A stretch of DNA of 64,000 nt, from the NCBI GenBank assembly GCA_002383495.1, contig DFZO01000022.1:4465-68464 (forward strand), written 5' to 3'. Each line of letters opens with the position of its first letter. The stretch's first letter is position 1. The stretch is from Syntrophaceae bacterium UBA4054. Its GTDB lineage: Bacteria > Desulfobacterota > Syntrophia > Syntrophales > UBA4778. The translations under genes and the position numbers were made by a program. The notes below the pieces were generated by a model that was not told the DNA's origin, searched no databases, and was given only the letters and a program-made list of their open reading frames with translations. Shown here piece after piece: positions 43,581-52,836 of the stretch.

Positions 43581-46500
43581 TTAAACCATAAATTCGATTT
43601 CTCTCAGACGCTCTTCAAGGCGCTTCGGGGAGACGGGGAAAGCGGTTCTGGTTTTCTGAGCGAAGACCGAAATCCGGTACTCCTCGATCATCCAGCGGAA
43701 TGCTTCAACGGCTTTCCGCTTCTCGTCGGAAGATGAGAGGGAGAGACCCTTCAGAAGCTCATCGAGACGATTCACGAAGGACTGCACTTTCTCCGCCCGC
43801 TCCCTGTCTTTCTCCAGGTGGAGGAGACCGCTTCGTGTCCTCACAGTCAGGGCTTCCAGATACCTGGGCAGGTGGCGGAGCCTGTCTGTTTCATAAAGGG
43901 TCATGAAATTTCCGGGAACAAGCCTGTCCATCTCCCCGCGCATTTCCTTCAGGAACGACAGGGCCGTTCGATTTGACCGGTTTTCCTTTTCCATCCCATT
44001 CAGAAGCAGCCTCATCTCATGGAAGGCTTTGAGAACGGGTTCCGCCTCCGCCAGGACCTCCTGACCCCTGGGAAGGATCTTTGGCGCCGCGGATTCGGAG
44101 AGCCTCAGAAATTCACTTTCCTTTCTGATGGGGACATTGAAAAGGCTCTGGAGAATTCTCTCGTAAAAAGCCTGCTCAAGCTTCTTTTCCCCTCCAAAAT
44201 GGGCGGCCCAGGCCTTCATGTCCTTTGTCAGGGTGAGCTGGCGTTTCAGCGTCCGGAGCTCCTTTGCGAAATGGCGGGCGAAAAGAGCGACGACCCCCTT
44301 GCGGTGCGAGACGTCTGCTTCCCTGGAGGATTTGAAGAGACGGAGATTCACGCCGTCATCGTCGGCTTCAAGCCCCGGGAATGCAATTCCTTCATGGTTT
44401 CCTTCACCGATGGAAATGATCTCCGGTAGATCTCCGAAATCCCATCGGGTGAGGCCTGTCTTCTCCCAGGCGGCCTTGGCCGCCTCAAAGTCCCGGGTCT
44501 CCAGGTCTTCCGCGATGTCCTCTTTGAGGATGCGGATATCCCGCCCCGAAACGATCTCCCGTCCCCCGGGGTCAACAATGGCGAGACGCATCCTGAGATG
44601 CTCGGGGAGTGATTCATGATTCCAGACCGAAGCCGGGATGTCCACCCCGAATTTTTTCTGGATGAAGGTTCCAAGGGCCGAAAGAAGAGAGACCTTGCCC
44701 CTCGGCATTTCAGCAAGAATGGTTTCCACGGTCCCGGCTATGGGGAGGAGTTTCTTCCGGTAGCTTTTCGGAAGACCTTTCAGGAGCCCCGTGATCTTTT
44801 CCCTCAGGAGCCCCGGTACGCCCCAGTCCACGGACTCGGCCGGAACAAGGGAGATGAGACGCTGCGGGACTTTGAGGGTCACACCGTCGTCGGGTTTCGA
44901 CGGGTCAAAGCGGTAGGCGAGGGTCAGGTTCCATTTGCCCAGATGGAGCTTGTCGGGGTAAAGGGCGATCTCGTCATCATCCGGTCTGTAGCGAAGCAGG
45001 TCCTCTTCGCGCATCCGGAGGAAATCGTCTCCGCCTCTCTCTTTGATCCGTTTGCGCAGTGTCCGGATGTCGAAAACGCCCTCCAGACGGCTCTCGTAAA
45101 ATGCTGCGAGGGCCTCTTCACCCGCCAGGATATCTCTCCGGCGCAGCTTGTCCTCCATGCCGGAGACCTTCTCGATGAGGTCAAGGTTGCGGCGGAGAAA
45201 AGGGTGGGGCCGCTCCACGTCTCCCTCCACGAGGGCCCGGCGGATGAATATCTTAGCGGCCTCGGCGGGATCGATCCGGCCATAGGACACGGGTCTTTCA
45301 GAAACAATGACAAGTCCGTATAGGCTGACCTGCTCCGAGGCCGTGACCTCGCCCCGCTTTCGTTCCCAGCGGGGGTTTGAGTAGCTGCATCGGCAGAGGC
45401 CGGCTCCCAGGGCTTCGATCCATTCGCTTTCGATATGGGCCGCCACGCGGGCGAAGAGCCGCGAGGTCTCCACCATTTCGGCGGCGACAATCCATTCGCT
45501 TCCCCGGTTGAACAGGCCGGAGCCCGGGAAGATCATGGCCTCCCGTCCCTTTGCCACCGTGTAGATATTCTTCTCTTTTTTCAAGGCGATGTTCGAGAGG
45601 CAGCCGCTCAGAATCGAGCGGTGAATCCCGCCGTAGAGTTTCTCGTAATCGCCGGATTCATGTTGTCTTCCTTCTTTCAGGATTCCCAACCCCAGGAGGA
45701 TCTCCATGATCTGTCCATGGAGGTCTATCCATTCCCGCATCCGGCGGTAGGAGAGAAAATGCTCCCGGCAGAACTTCCTCATTCTATTCTGCGTTTTGAG
45801 CGCCTCCCATGTCTCGTGGTAACGGTTCCAGATGTTGAGAAGCGTCATAAAGTCCGAGGCCGGGTGTTTGAAGGGTTCGTGCATTTGCCGGGCCTCTTCA
45901 AGTCTCTCGGCGGGCCATTCTCGGGGATCCTGAATGCTCAGGGCCGATGCGATGACTGCCACCTCTTCCAGGCAATCTTCCTTTTCAGCCTCCAGGATCA
46001 TCCGCGAAATGCGGGGATCAATAGGCATCCGGCCCATGAGCCGCCCGCGCTCCGTGAGCTGAAAGCCCTTTCTCTTCTCATCCGGCCCAATGGCCCCCAG
46101 TTCTCTCAGGACCTCGAACCCGTCGCGGATATTTTTCGGGTCGGGCGGATCAATGAAGGGAAAAGAGGCGATATCGCCGATCGAGAGCGCAAGCATCCTC
46201 AGGATGACTTCGGCCAGGTTCGATCGGAGGATCTCCGGGGGGGTATAAAGAGGGCGGTCTTCATAGTCCTCTTCCGCGTAAAGGCGGATGCACACCCCGT
46301 CGGCCACGCGGCCGCAGCGGCCCTTCCGCTGGTCCGCGCTGCTCCGGGAGACGGCCGTGACGGGTAGGCTCAGGGTTCGCGTCCTCGGGTTGTATCTGGA
46401 GATCCGGGCGAGACCCGTGTCGATGACGTGGCGGATTCCGGGGATGGTGATGGATGTCTCGGCCACGTTTGTCGCCACCACGATCTTCCGGCCCGCCGCG

Positions 46501-47525
46501 GGCTGGAAGACCCGCCGCTGATCCTCCCAGGTGAGCCGCGCGAAGAGAGGAAGAAGGATGTCTTTCCTGCCGTTTCCCGCGGCGAGAAGATCGCAGGTCT
46601 CGCGGATGTCGGCCTCCGTCGGCATGAAAACGAGAATATCCCCGCTGTTTCTTTCCCCCCTGATCTCCTCCACGGCCCGCACGGCGGCATCCACATACGT
46701 CCAATCGCCGCTCTCTTCGAGCTCCGGGTCAAGGGGGGCATAACGGACATCCACGGGATAGAGACGGCCCGACACCTCTATGATGGGTGCGCCGCCGAAG
46801 GCGCGGGAGAATTTCTCCGTGTCGATGGTTGCCGATGTGATCACGATTTTGAGGTCCCGCCGCCTGCGGAGGAGCGACTTCAGAATACCCAGGATGAAGT
46901 CGATATTCAGGCTCCGCTCATGGGCTTCATCCACGATGATCGTATCGTAGTCATTGAGCCGGGCGTCCGTCTGGACTTCGGCGAGGAGAATGCCGTCGGT
47001 CATAATCTTGATGTAGGGATCGGGGCCCGTACGCTCGTCAAAGCGGATCCTGTAGCCCACGGACCGGCCCAGGGGTTCTCCCATTTCCTCCGCGATCCGC
47101 CGGGCGGCCGTGATCGCCGCGATGCGCCGGGGCTGGGTGTGGCCGATCATGCCGTTCACCCCCCGGCCGGCCTCCAGGCACATCTTGGGGATCTGCGTGG
47201 TCTTTCCCGAACCTGTCTCGCCGGTGATGACGACGACGGGGTTCCGGCGGATGGCTCCGATGATCTCGTCTTTTCTCGCCGTGATGGGCAGTGCTTCTGG
47301 ATAGGTGATCCGCGGGATGCCGGCCTTCCGCCGGGCCTTTCTCTCTGCCGAGAGATCGAGTTTTTTCTCCAATACATTCAGTCTCTTGAGAGACGCGTCA
47401 TGGGAATCTTTTCCCATGGCTTTTTCGATGCGGTCAAGTTCCCGCATTATGGCATACCGGTTTCTTCTCATGGCCCGGGAAAGACGGCTTCGTATTCGGT
47501 TCTGGATCATTTTTGCGTCGGACAT
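43581..47525 (-). CDS. hrpA: ATP-dependent RNA helicase HrpA (DEAH-box)
   Basis: 1314 aa with GETGSGKTTQ, DEAHERS, the helicase C domain and a long HrpA-type C-terminal region. Confidence 0.9.
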   Translation of the reverse strand: MSDAKMIQNRIRSRLSRAMRRNRYAIMRELDRIEKAMGKDSHDASLKRLNVLEKKLDLSAERKARRKAGIPRITYPEALPITARKDEIIGAIRRNPVVVITGETGSGKTTQIPKMCLEAGRGVNGMIGHTQPRRIAAITAARRIAEEMGEPLGRSVGYRIRFDERTGPDPYIKIMTDGILLAEVQTDARLNDYDTIIVDEAHERSLNIDFILGILKSLLRRRRDLKIVITSATIDTEKFSRAFGGAPIIEVSGRLYPVDVRYAPLDPELEESGDWTYVDAAVRAVEEIRGERNSGDILVFMPTEADIRETCDLLAAGNGRKDILLPLFARLTWEDQRRVFQPAAGRKIVVATNVAETSITIPGIRHVIDTGLARISRYNPRTRTLSLPVTAVSRSSADQRKGRCGRVADGVCIRLYAEEDYEDRPLYTPPEILRSNLAEVILRMLALSIGDIASFPFIDPPDPKNIRDGFEVLRELGAIGPDEKRKGFQLTERGRLMGRMPIDPRISRMILEAEKEDCLEEVAVIASALSIQDPREWPAERLEEARQMHEPFKHPASDFMTLLNIWNRYHETWEALKTQNRMRKFCREHFLSYRRMREWIDLHGQIMEILLGLGILKEGRQHESGDYEKLYGGIHRSILSGCLSNIALKKEKNIYTVAKGREAMIFPGSGLFNRGSEWIVAAEMVETSRLFARVAAHIESEWIEALGAGLCRCSYSNPRWERKRGEVTASEQVSLYGLVIVSERPVSYGRIDPAEAAKIFIRRALVEGDVERPHPFLRRNLDLIEKVSGMEDKLRRRDILAGEEALAAFYESRLEGVFDIRTLRKRIKERGGDDFLRMREEDLLRYRPDDDEIALYPDKLHLGKWNLTLAYRFDPSKPDDGVTLKVPQRLISLVPAESVDWGVPGLLREKITGLLKGLPKSYRKKLLPIAGTVETILAEMPRGKVSLLSALGTFIQKKFGVDIPASVWNHESLPEHLRMRLAIVDPGGREIVSGRDIRILKEDIAEDLETRDFEAAKAAWEKTGLTRWDFGDLPEIISIGEGNHEGIAFPGLEADDDGVNLRLFKSSREADVSHRKGVVALFARHFAKELRTLKRQLTLTKDMKAWAAHFGGEKKLEQAFYERILQSLFNVPIRKESEFLRLSESAAPKILPRGQEVLAEAEPVLKAFHEMRLLLNGMEKENRSNRTALSFLKEMRGEMDRLVPGNFMTLYETDRLRHLPRYLEALTVRTRSGLLHLEKDRERAEKVQSFVNRLDELLKGLSLSSSDEKRKAVEAFRWMIEEYRISVFAQKTRTAFPVSPKRLEERLREIEFMV

Positions 47526-47675
47526 ATTTCCTCGTTATCCTCATCCTCATGAACGTTCGGAATCTTAGGAGATATCCCGATACCTGTCAAGACGGGGCGA
47601 AAAGCGACTCCCCCGTCACGGGGGATGCCCCTCGAATCTCTTTGTGATGGAGATCATAAAAATACCGGAACCTTC

Positions 47676-47705
47676 TTGACAGAAGAAAAAACCCTGTGCT
47701 AAGTT
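47676..47705 (+). promoter_or_regulatory. sigma-70 promoter TTGACA-N15-TGcTAAGTT (extended -10) for moaC
   Basis: Perfect -35 hexamer, with a TG-extended -10 element 18 nt downstream. It lies about 68 nt upstream of ATG 47773. Confidence 0.5.
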
Positions 47706-47772
47706 TCCCCCGTGTTTTTTTCTGCCGTTCATTCCTTGGTTTTTTGAACTTCCGAGACGAATACGTGCCTTT

Positions 47773-48297
47773 ATGACCAAACTTACCCACCTCGATAAAA
47801 AGGGTAAATCACGGATGGTTGATGTTTCTGCGAAGGGGGAAACCCTGCGCGAAGCCGTGGCGCGCGGCAAGGTGCTGATGAAGCCCGAAACGGTCGGGGC
47901 CGTGGAAGAGGCGATCCTATCAAAGGGAGATGTCCTGGCCGTGGCAAAGATCGCGGGAATTCTGGCGGCCAAAAAAACGGGGGATCTCATTCCCCTCTGT
48001 CATCCTCTGGAACTTACCGGCATCGAAATCGTTTTTTCAACAGACCGCGCGAAGGGCGAAATCACCATCGAGGCGAAGGTGAAGACGGTTGGAAAGACCG
48101 GTGTGGAGATGGAAGCCCTGACAGCCGTGAGTGCCGCGGCGCTTACCATTTACGACATGTGCAAAGCGGCCGACCGTGCCATGGTCCTCACGGATATAAA
48201 ACTGATCAGGAAAAGCGGCGGCCGAAGCGGTACGTTCATCAGAAAAGAGGAAGATCGGGTCGTAAAAAAGAAGAGGCCGGGCCCGCCACGCGGCTGA
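47773..48297 (+). CDS. moaC: cyclic pyranopterin monophosphate synthase MoaC
   Basis: MTKLTHLDKKGKSRMVDVSAKGETLREAVA...CHPL...GVEMEALTAVSAAALTIYDMCKA is the canonical MoaC sequence. It has a short basic C-terminal tail. Confidence 0.9.
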   Translation: MTKLTHLDKKGKSRMVDVSAKGETLREAVARGKVLMKPETVGAVEEAILSKGDVLAVAKIAGILAAKKTGDLIPLCHPLELTGIEIVFSTDRAKGEITIEAKVKTVGKTGVEMEALTAVSAAALTIYDMCKAADRAMVLTDIKLIRKSGGRSGTFIRKEEDRVVKKKRPGPPRG

Positions 48298-48340
48298 AGG
48301 TCCGCCCCGGACGGACTGTGACAGGACAGGGAGAACAGGG

Positions 48341-48856
48341 TTGAACAGGGTTTTCAATATTAAAAAGGCGCTCCTCATTCCGCTGGCCATCGATGCCGGA
48401 CTTGTTTTTATCCTGCTCCTTGTTTCTTTTTTCAGGAAAAGTTCTGCGGGGGAGGTTGTTTTTCTCGTCATCCTCATGATTTCCCTTTCACTCATCGTCC
48501 TGGAATGCATCTTCCGGGAGGTGGCGATAAGCGGTGAGGGTCTTGCGATCAAAAAGCTGCTGCGCAGGAAAAGGCTCGGATGGGGTGATATTACCGACGT
48601 GGGCGCCCTGGTTCTGAGAAAGAAAGTATATCTGGTATTGACAACGACGAAAGGGTTTCATATCATTTCCAACGCTTATGATGACTACGCGGCGCTGGTC
48701 AAGGGAATCGTGGAGCACGTGGAGGCGGAGAGGGTTGAAGAATCCGTGAAAACGCTGATGGATAAGCCGGTGAGAAAAATCTCCGACATCGTTTCGGCCT
48801 GGGCTGGTGCGGCAGTTCTTCTGGCCGTTGTGTGGGTCAAAATTTTTCTGTTCTAA
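48341..48856 (+). CDS. hypothetical membrane protein (2 N-terminal TMs, PH-like middle, C-terminal TM)
   Basis: Called from the hydrophobic helix pattern only. TTG start. No family recognised. Confidence 0.5.
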   Translation: MNRVFNIKKALLIPLAIDAGLVFILLLVSFFRKSSAGEVVFLVILMISLSLIVLECIFREVAISGEGLAIKKLLRRKRLGWGDITDVGALVLRKKVYLVLTTTKGFHIISNAYDDYAALVKGIVEHVEAERVEESVKTLMDKPVRKISDIVSAWAGAAVLLAVVWVKIFLF

Positions 48857-48884
48857 GTATTCATGTCAGGAAGGGGCGGACGTT

Positions 48885-49196
48885 ATGGTCAGGCGCGGCT
48901 CGGTCAACAGCAAGGCGGCAAAAATAAAAAAAGGCAAAGAGTTCAAGAATTCCTGTTCTGCTGTCGAAGGGATTCTGGAACAAAAGATCGAAGATGTGGT
49001 GAACTTTCTTCATTCAGCGGAAGGCGCGAAGAGCCGGCTTCATAATGAGATTCTGGCCATGGTGGAACGATGCCTGATAAAAATCGCCTTGAAACGCTCC
49101 AATAATGTCAAGACGTCGGCTGCGACCTTTCTGGGGATTAACAGGAATACCCTTCATCAAAAAATGGAAAAGCTGGATATCCCCTATCAGGATTAA
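48885..49196 (+). CDS. Fis-family helix-turn-helix DNA-binding protein
   Basis: RBS AGGAAGGGG. The C-terminal HTH is NNVKTSAATFLGINRNTLHQKMEKL. The listed ORF begins earlier, at 48807. Confidence 0.65.
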   Translation: MVRRGSVNSKAAKIKKGKEFKNSCSAVEGILEQKIEDVVNFLHSAEGAKSRLHNEILAMVERCLIKIALKRSNNVKTSAATFLGINRNTLHQKMEKLDIPYQD

Positions 49197-49307
49197 AAAG
49201 ACACCCGCCGCGGCAGCCGCTTTCACTGTCCCCTCTCATTCCCGCTCCGATTTGATTCACGAGTTGCTGTGCCTGAATGTGGTCCTCGACAGGAGAAATG
49301 AAGAATT

Positions 49308-49877
49308 ATGATTGTTGGTGTGCTGGCTCTTCAGGGGGCCTTTCGTGAACACTTGAAGATGCTGAGAGGCTGCGGCGCGGAAGGATTGGAAATCCGTCTC
49401 CCCTTCCAGCTGGACGGAATCGACGGCCTTATTATCCCCGGCGGCGAGAGCACCACCATATCGAAACTCATGCTGGAATACGGCTTCCCCGAAAGGATAA
49501 AATCCTTTGCTGCATCAGGCCGGCCGATTTTTGGAACCTGTGCCGGCCTTATTGTCCTCGCAGACAAGATTGAGGGAAAGAAGCAGAAACTCCTGAACCT
49601 GATCGACCTGGACGTCAGGAGAAACGCCTACGGGCGCCAGATCTCAAGCCGGGAAGTGGACCTTTCCATACCCTTTCTCGGTACAGAATCTTTTCGGGCC
49701 GTTTTTATCAGGTCTCCTGTCATTGTGAAAGCGGGAAGGAAAGTTGAGGCGCTTGCCTGTTATAATGACCGGGTCATCGTCGCCAGGCAGAAAAATATTC
49801 TGGTGTCCAGTTTTCACCCCGAACTGACGGGAGATTTCAGGATGCACCGGTATTTCTTGGAGATGACAGGAAAATAG
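49308..49877 (+). CDS. pdxT: pyridoxal 5'-phosphate synthase glutaminase subunit PdxT
   Basis: MIVGVLALQGAFREH...IIPGGESTT...GTCAGLIVL...SFHPELT is the canonical PdxT sequence with a class I glutaminase triad. Confidence 0.9.
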   Translation: MIVGVLALQGAFREHLKMLRGCGAEGLEIRLPFQLDGIDGLIIPGGESTTISKLMLEYGFPERIKSFAASGRPIFGTCAGLIVLADKIEGKKQKLLNLIDLDVRRNAYGRQISSREVDLSIPFLGTESFRAVFIRSPVIVKAGRKVEALACYNDRVIVARQKNILVSSFHPELTGDFRMHRYFLEMTGK

Positions 49878-50391
49878 TCTCCATTTTTGAATAAACTCCG
49901 CATGCTTTCCCTGACGTTTTCTGCTACGCTGCCGTTGACAGGGTACGGCGAAGGAGAACCTGTTCCGGGTTTGTTCATCGGGGGATTAAAAAAGAGTTGG
50001 GGAGGTCTTTCGACCTCCCCCGGGGAAAAACATGAAGAGCTTCAGCTACCCTTAACTTCGGGAGAATGGAAACGTGGTCACTCTCCCTGGTTATTCATTT
50101 ACCTTTGATACGCCTTACCGCTTCATTACATGTTTCTTGCATGAATAGAGTGCACTTCTCATGCCACGACGGGTTGTAATTTTCAACTGATTGAAATGAC
50201 GATTGTTTCGATGAAAAGTCTTCGAAAATACCCTGAATTAAAAGTGGCAATAATCGTCGAAGCATTACCGGCCTTTTTTAAAATATGTCGTGGTTACGGT
50301 ACTTTATTAAAATGTCGCAGGACATCGTTAAATTCGACAATAATGTCGAGCCGTGATAAGAGAAGACTGCAGCCTCTGAAGAAGGGAATTC

Positions 50392-50823
50392 ATGAAGCGA
50401 TATTTGATTTTAAGCCTCATTCTGCTGATCCTTTGCTCGATCAGTCCGCCTTTGCTTTGTGCTCAGGGGCGTGACCGTTCTCAGATGAACGGGAAGGACG
50501 CCGCCTTCAGGGATCTGAATCTTTCTGAAGAACAGCGCAGCGCCATCAGGCGGATCAGGGCCTCGTACATGAAAAAAATCCTCCAGCTGAAGAGTGACGC
50601 GGTGGGGAAGCAGCATGAATTCAAGGGGCTGATAGGAGATCCAGCCGCCAGCGAGGAAACAATTCGCGGGAAGGGGCGCGAGATAGAAGCCATTAACGGC
50701 CAGATCATGCGGGAGGCAATAGAATACGAACTTTCAGTCAGAAAAATTTTAACGCCGGAGCAGATCCGGATGTGGTCGAATATTGACAGTTCTCCCCCCA
50801 TTCGAAGGTCTTCAGGACGATAG
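50392..50823 (+). CDS. periplasmic CpxP/Spy/ZraP-family protein (LTxxQ)
   Basis: Signal peptide present, with motifs LSEEQRSAI and LTPEQIRMW. It lies immediately upstream of a kinase / sigma-54 regulator pair. Confidence 0.7.
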   Translation: MKRYLILSLILLILCSISPPLLCAQGRDRSQMNGKDAAFRDLNLSEEQRSAIRRIRASYMKKILQLKSDAVGKQHEFKGLIGDPAASEETIRGKGREIEAINGQIMREAIEYELSVRKILTPEQIRMWSNIDSSPPIRRSSGR

Positions 50824-50826
50824 CAA

Positions 50827-52590
50827 ATGATTCCATGGCAGAATAGGCTCCCCCAAGGTACCCGGCCTTTTCTACAGCCCATGACCTTGATTCTTGTCTG
50901 CATCGTCTTCATTTCCCTTATCCTCTTCACCGGCCTCATGGATATCGGGCGCCTGGATCAGACGCTTCGTCTCTTCATGGAAAACCACGGTCTCGATATC
51001 AGCGGAAGAATTCAAAGGGACACCCAGGAAAATTTCAGCAATATCAATCAGGTATTGAGAGGGGAACAACTTGGAGATGCGCTCTCGCCCTTTACGGAAG
51101 AAGCCCTTCTCCCCCAGGAATCCTTCATTGATGCTCTTGTCAGGCTCACCCGCCGTATTGATAAAAGCCTTGATTCAGGCGTCATTGAACTGGAAGGATT
51201 GAAGCGGGTGGCCGCAGACCATCACCTCTCGCTTCTCGCTCTTATGGATGAGAAGGGGCGGCCCCGCCTCCAGACAAGGCCTTTCTCCAAAAATCTCCTC
51301 AGGAGAGCGAAGGCTGTCATTGAAGGCAAAAAAGAGACCAGCATCGACATATTCAACCGTTACGGTGATCATGAAAAGCTTGGCTCTATTGCGCTCCGCC
51401 GCGGAACGGGTTCAGGGATTCTGCTCGTGGCCTGGGATGACCCGGGATTGCGGTACTGGGGTTTGAAGGTTGCCCTCCAGAGGGCTGTTGAGGAAGCGGG
51501 ACGAAACGAGAAGCTTCCCTATATCGCCGTCATGGACGCCTCTGATGGGTCGCTACTGGCGAGTTTGGGAGATTTACCCGGGGAGATGACTAAAGACGAA
51601 AGGGCTTTGCTGGATATTCTCAATGGGAAAGCGGCGGTTTCAAGCCGGAAGATTACTCTGCAGGGGAAAAATCTCTTCGAAATCCTGGCGCCCCTTTATC
51701 TCGACAACAGTCTTGCGGGGGTCGTTCGCGTGGGGCTGCAGAGAGATCAGGCGGACCAGGTCATTGGCAAGAACAGAACCTTGATGATCATCTCCATGGT
51801 CTTCATCATGCTGATCGGGCTGCTTTCCATATGGTTTCTTTATCAGAACCAGAATCGAAATCTTGCCCGGATCGAGGAGATGAGAAAAGAGCTTCAAAAA
51901 TCGGAACGCCTTTCTTCCCTGGGACAGCTTGCAGCGGGTGTTGCTCATGAGATACGGAACCCGCTCAACGCTATCAGCATGGCAAGCCAGAGGCTTCAGC
52001 GTGAGTTTCTGCCCCCGGATCAGGGAAAGATGGAAGAGTTTGGACGCATCACTGGAGTCATTCGGGATGAGGTGCGCCGCCTGAACGGCATCATTGAAGA
52101 ATTTCTATCTTTCTCCCGCAGCCAGCGCCTTGAGCTCCGTGACTATTCCATCGAGGCCGTTCTCCAGAAACTGGTGCAGCTTGTCGGGGAGGAGGCGGCA
52201 TCAAGAGGAATCACGATTGAGACACGATGGGGCGACCACCCCACGTCCATCCCCATGGATGTGGACAAGCTGCAGCAGGCATTTCTGAACTTCATCAAGA
52301 ACGCCATGGAGTCCATTTCGGGCGAAGGGGTTATCGCCATTTCAATTGAGCCTCTGGGGAATGAAAATATTTCTGTGAAGATCGCCGACACAGGCAAGGG
52401 TCTGACGCCTGGTGAAATGGACCGCATCTTCAACCCCGAATATACCACGAAGGAAAAGGGGCTGGGGCTTGGCCTTCCCATTGCCTATGAGATTGTCCGC
52501 GGTCACGGTGGGGACATCCGCGTGCAGAGCCAGGTCGGGTTGGGGACAACGTTTGACATTCTGCTGCCCCTTGGAAGAGCAGAAGCTTAG
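50827..52590 (+). CDS. sensor histidine kinase (ZraS/NtrB-like)
   Basis: N-terminal TM, periplasmic region, second TM, H-box AAGVAHEIRNPLN, and G-boxes DTGKGL and GLGLGLPIA. Confidence 0.85.
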   Translation: MIPWQNRLPQGTRPFLQPMTLILVCIVFISLILFTGLMDIGRLDQTLRLFMENHGLDISGRIQRDTQENFSNINQVLRGEQLGDALSPFTEEALLPQESFIDALVRLTRRIDKSLDSGVIELEGLKRVAADHHLSLLALMDEKGRPRLQTRPFSKNLLRRAKAVIEGKKETSIDIFNRYGDHEKLGSIALRRGTGSGILLVAWDDPGLRYWGLKVALQRAVEEAGRNEKLPYIAVMDASDGSLLASLGDLPGEMTKDERALLDILNGKAAVSSRKITLQGKNLFEILAPLYLDNSLAGVVRVGLQRDQADQVIGKNRTLMIISMVFIMLIGLLSIWFLYQNQNRNLARIEEMRKELQKSERLSSLGQLAAGVAHEIRNPLNAISMASQRLQREFLPPDQGKMEEFGRITGVIRDEVRRLNGIIEEFLSFSRSQRLELRDYSIEAVLQKLVQLVGEEAASRGITIETRWGDHPTSIPMDVDKLQQAFLNFIKNAMESISGEGVIAISIEPLGNENISVKIADTGKGLTPGEMDRIFNPEYTTKEKGLGLGLPIAYEIVRGHGGDIRVQSQVGLGTTFDILLPLGRAEA

Positions 52591-52680
52591 AAGCTGAGGG
52601 GCTGAAGCCGATTTTTTACAATTGGTTTTTCAGTTGAAAGCGCTTCGCTTCTTGTCTTGTGTCTTGTCTCAAAAATATAT

Positions 52681-52756
52681 TGTCATATCGACCGAAGAGA
52701 GATATCTTGTACCGCGATAAAATGATTAAGATTTCTCGCTGCGCTCGAAATGACAT
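52681..52756. repeat. inverted pair of GTCAT hairpin-family units between kinase and regulator genes
   Basis: TGTCATATCGACCGAAGAGAGATATC on the plus strand faces GATTTCTCGCTGCGCTCGAAATGACA, the reverse complement of a related unit. It is preceded by iterated CTTGT units at 52640-52670. Confidence 0.65.
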
Positions 52757-52836
52757 TTGTTAAATGAATTTACGAGACACAACACCAGACGATATAACGT
52801 GTTGAGTCGGAATGAACATGAGTTCAGGAGTCCGCG

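Noticed and set aside
47526-47772. Moco riboswitch upstream of moaC
   Set aside because: The predicted promoter leaves only about a 65-nt leader, which is too short for the roughly 130-nt Moco motif. I could not recognise its conserved segments, but an Infernal scan would be needed to be certain.
49999-50020. Hairpin GGGGAGGTC-TTTC-GACCTCCCC downstream of pdxT as a terminator
   Set aside because: No T tract follows it on the plus strand. On the minus strand a T-rich tail exists, but there is no minus-strand gene upstream to terminate. I left it unassigned as a possible REP-like element.
50246-50261. TGGCAATAATCGTCGA as a sigma-54 promoter for the cpxP-like gene
   Set aside because: A -24 GG is present, but the -12 position reads CG rather than GC/TTGC. 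I also checked every other GG in 50100-50391 at the +12 offset and none is followed by GC.
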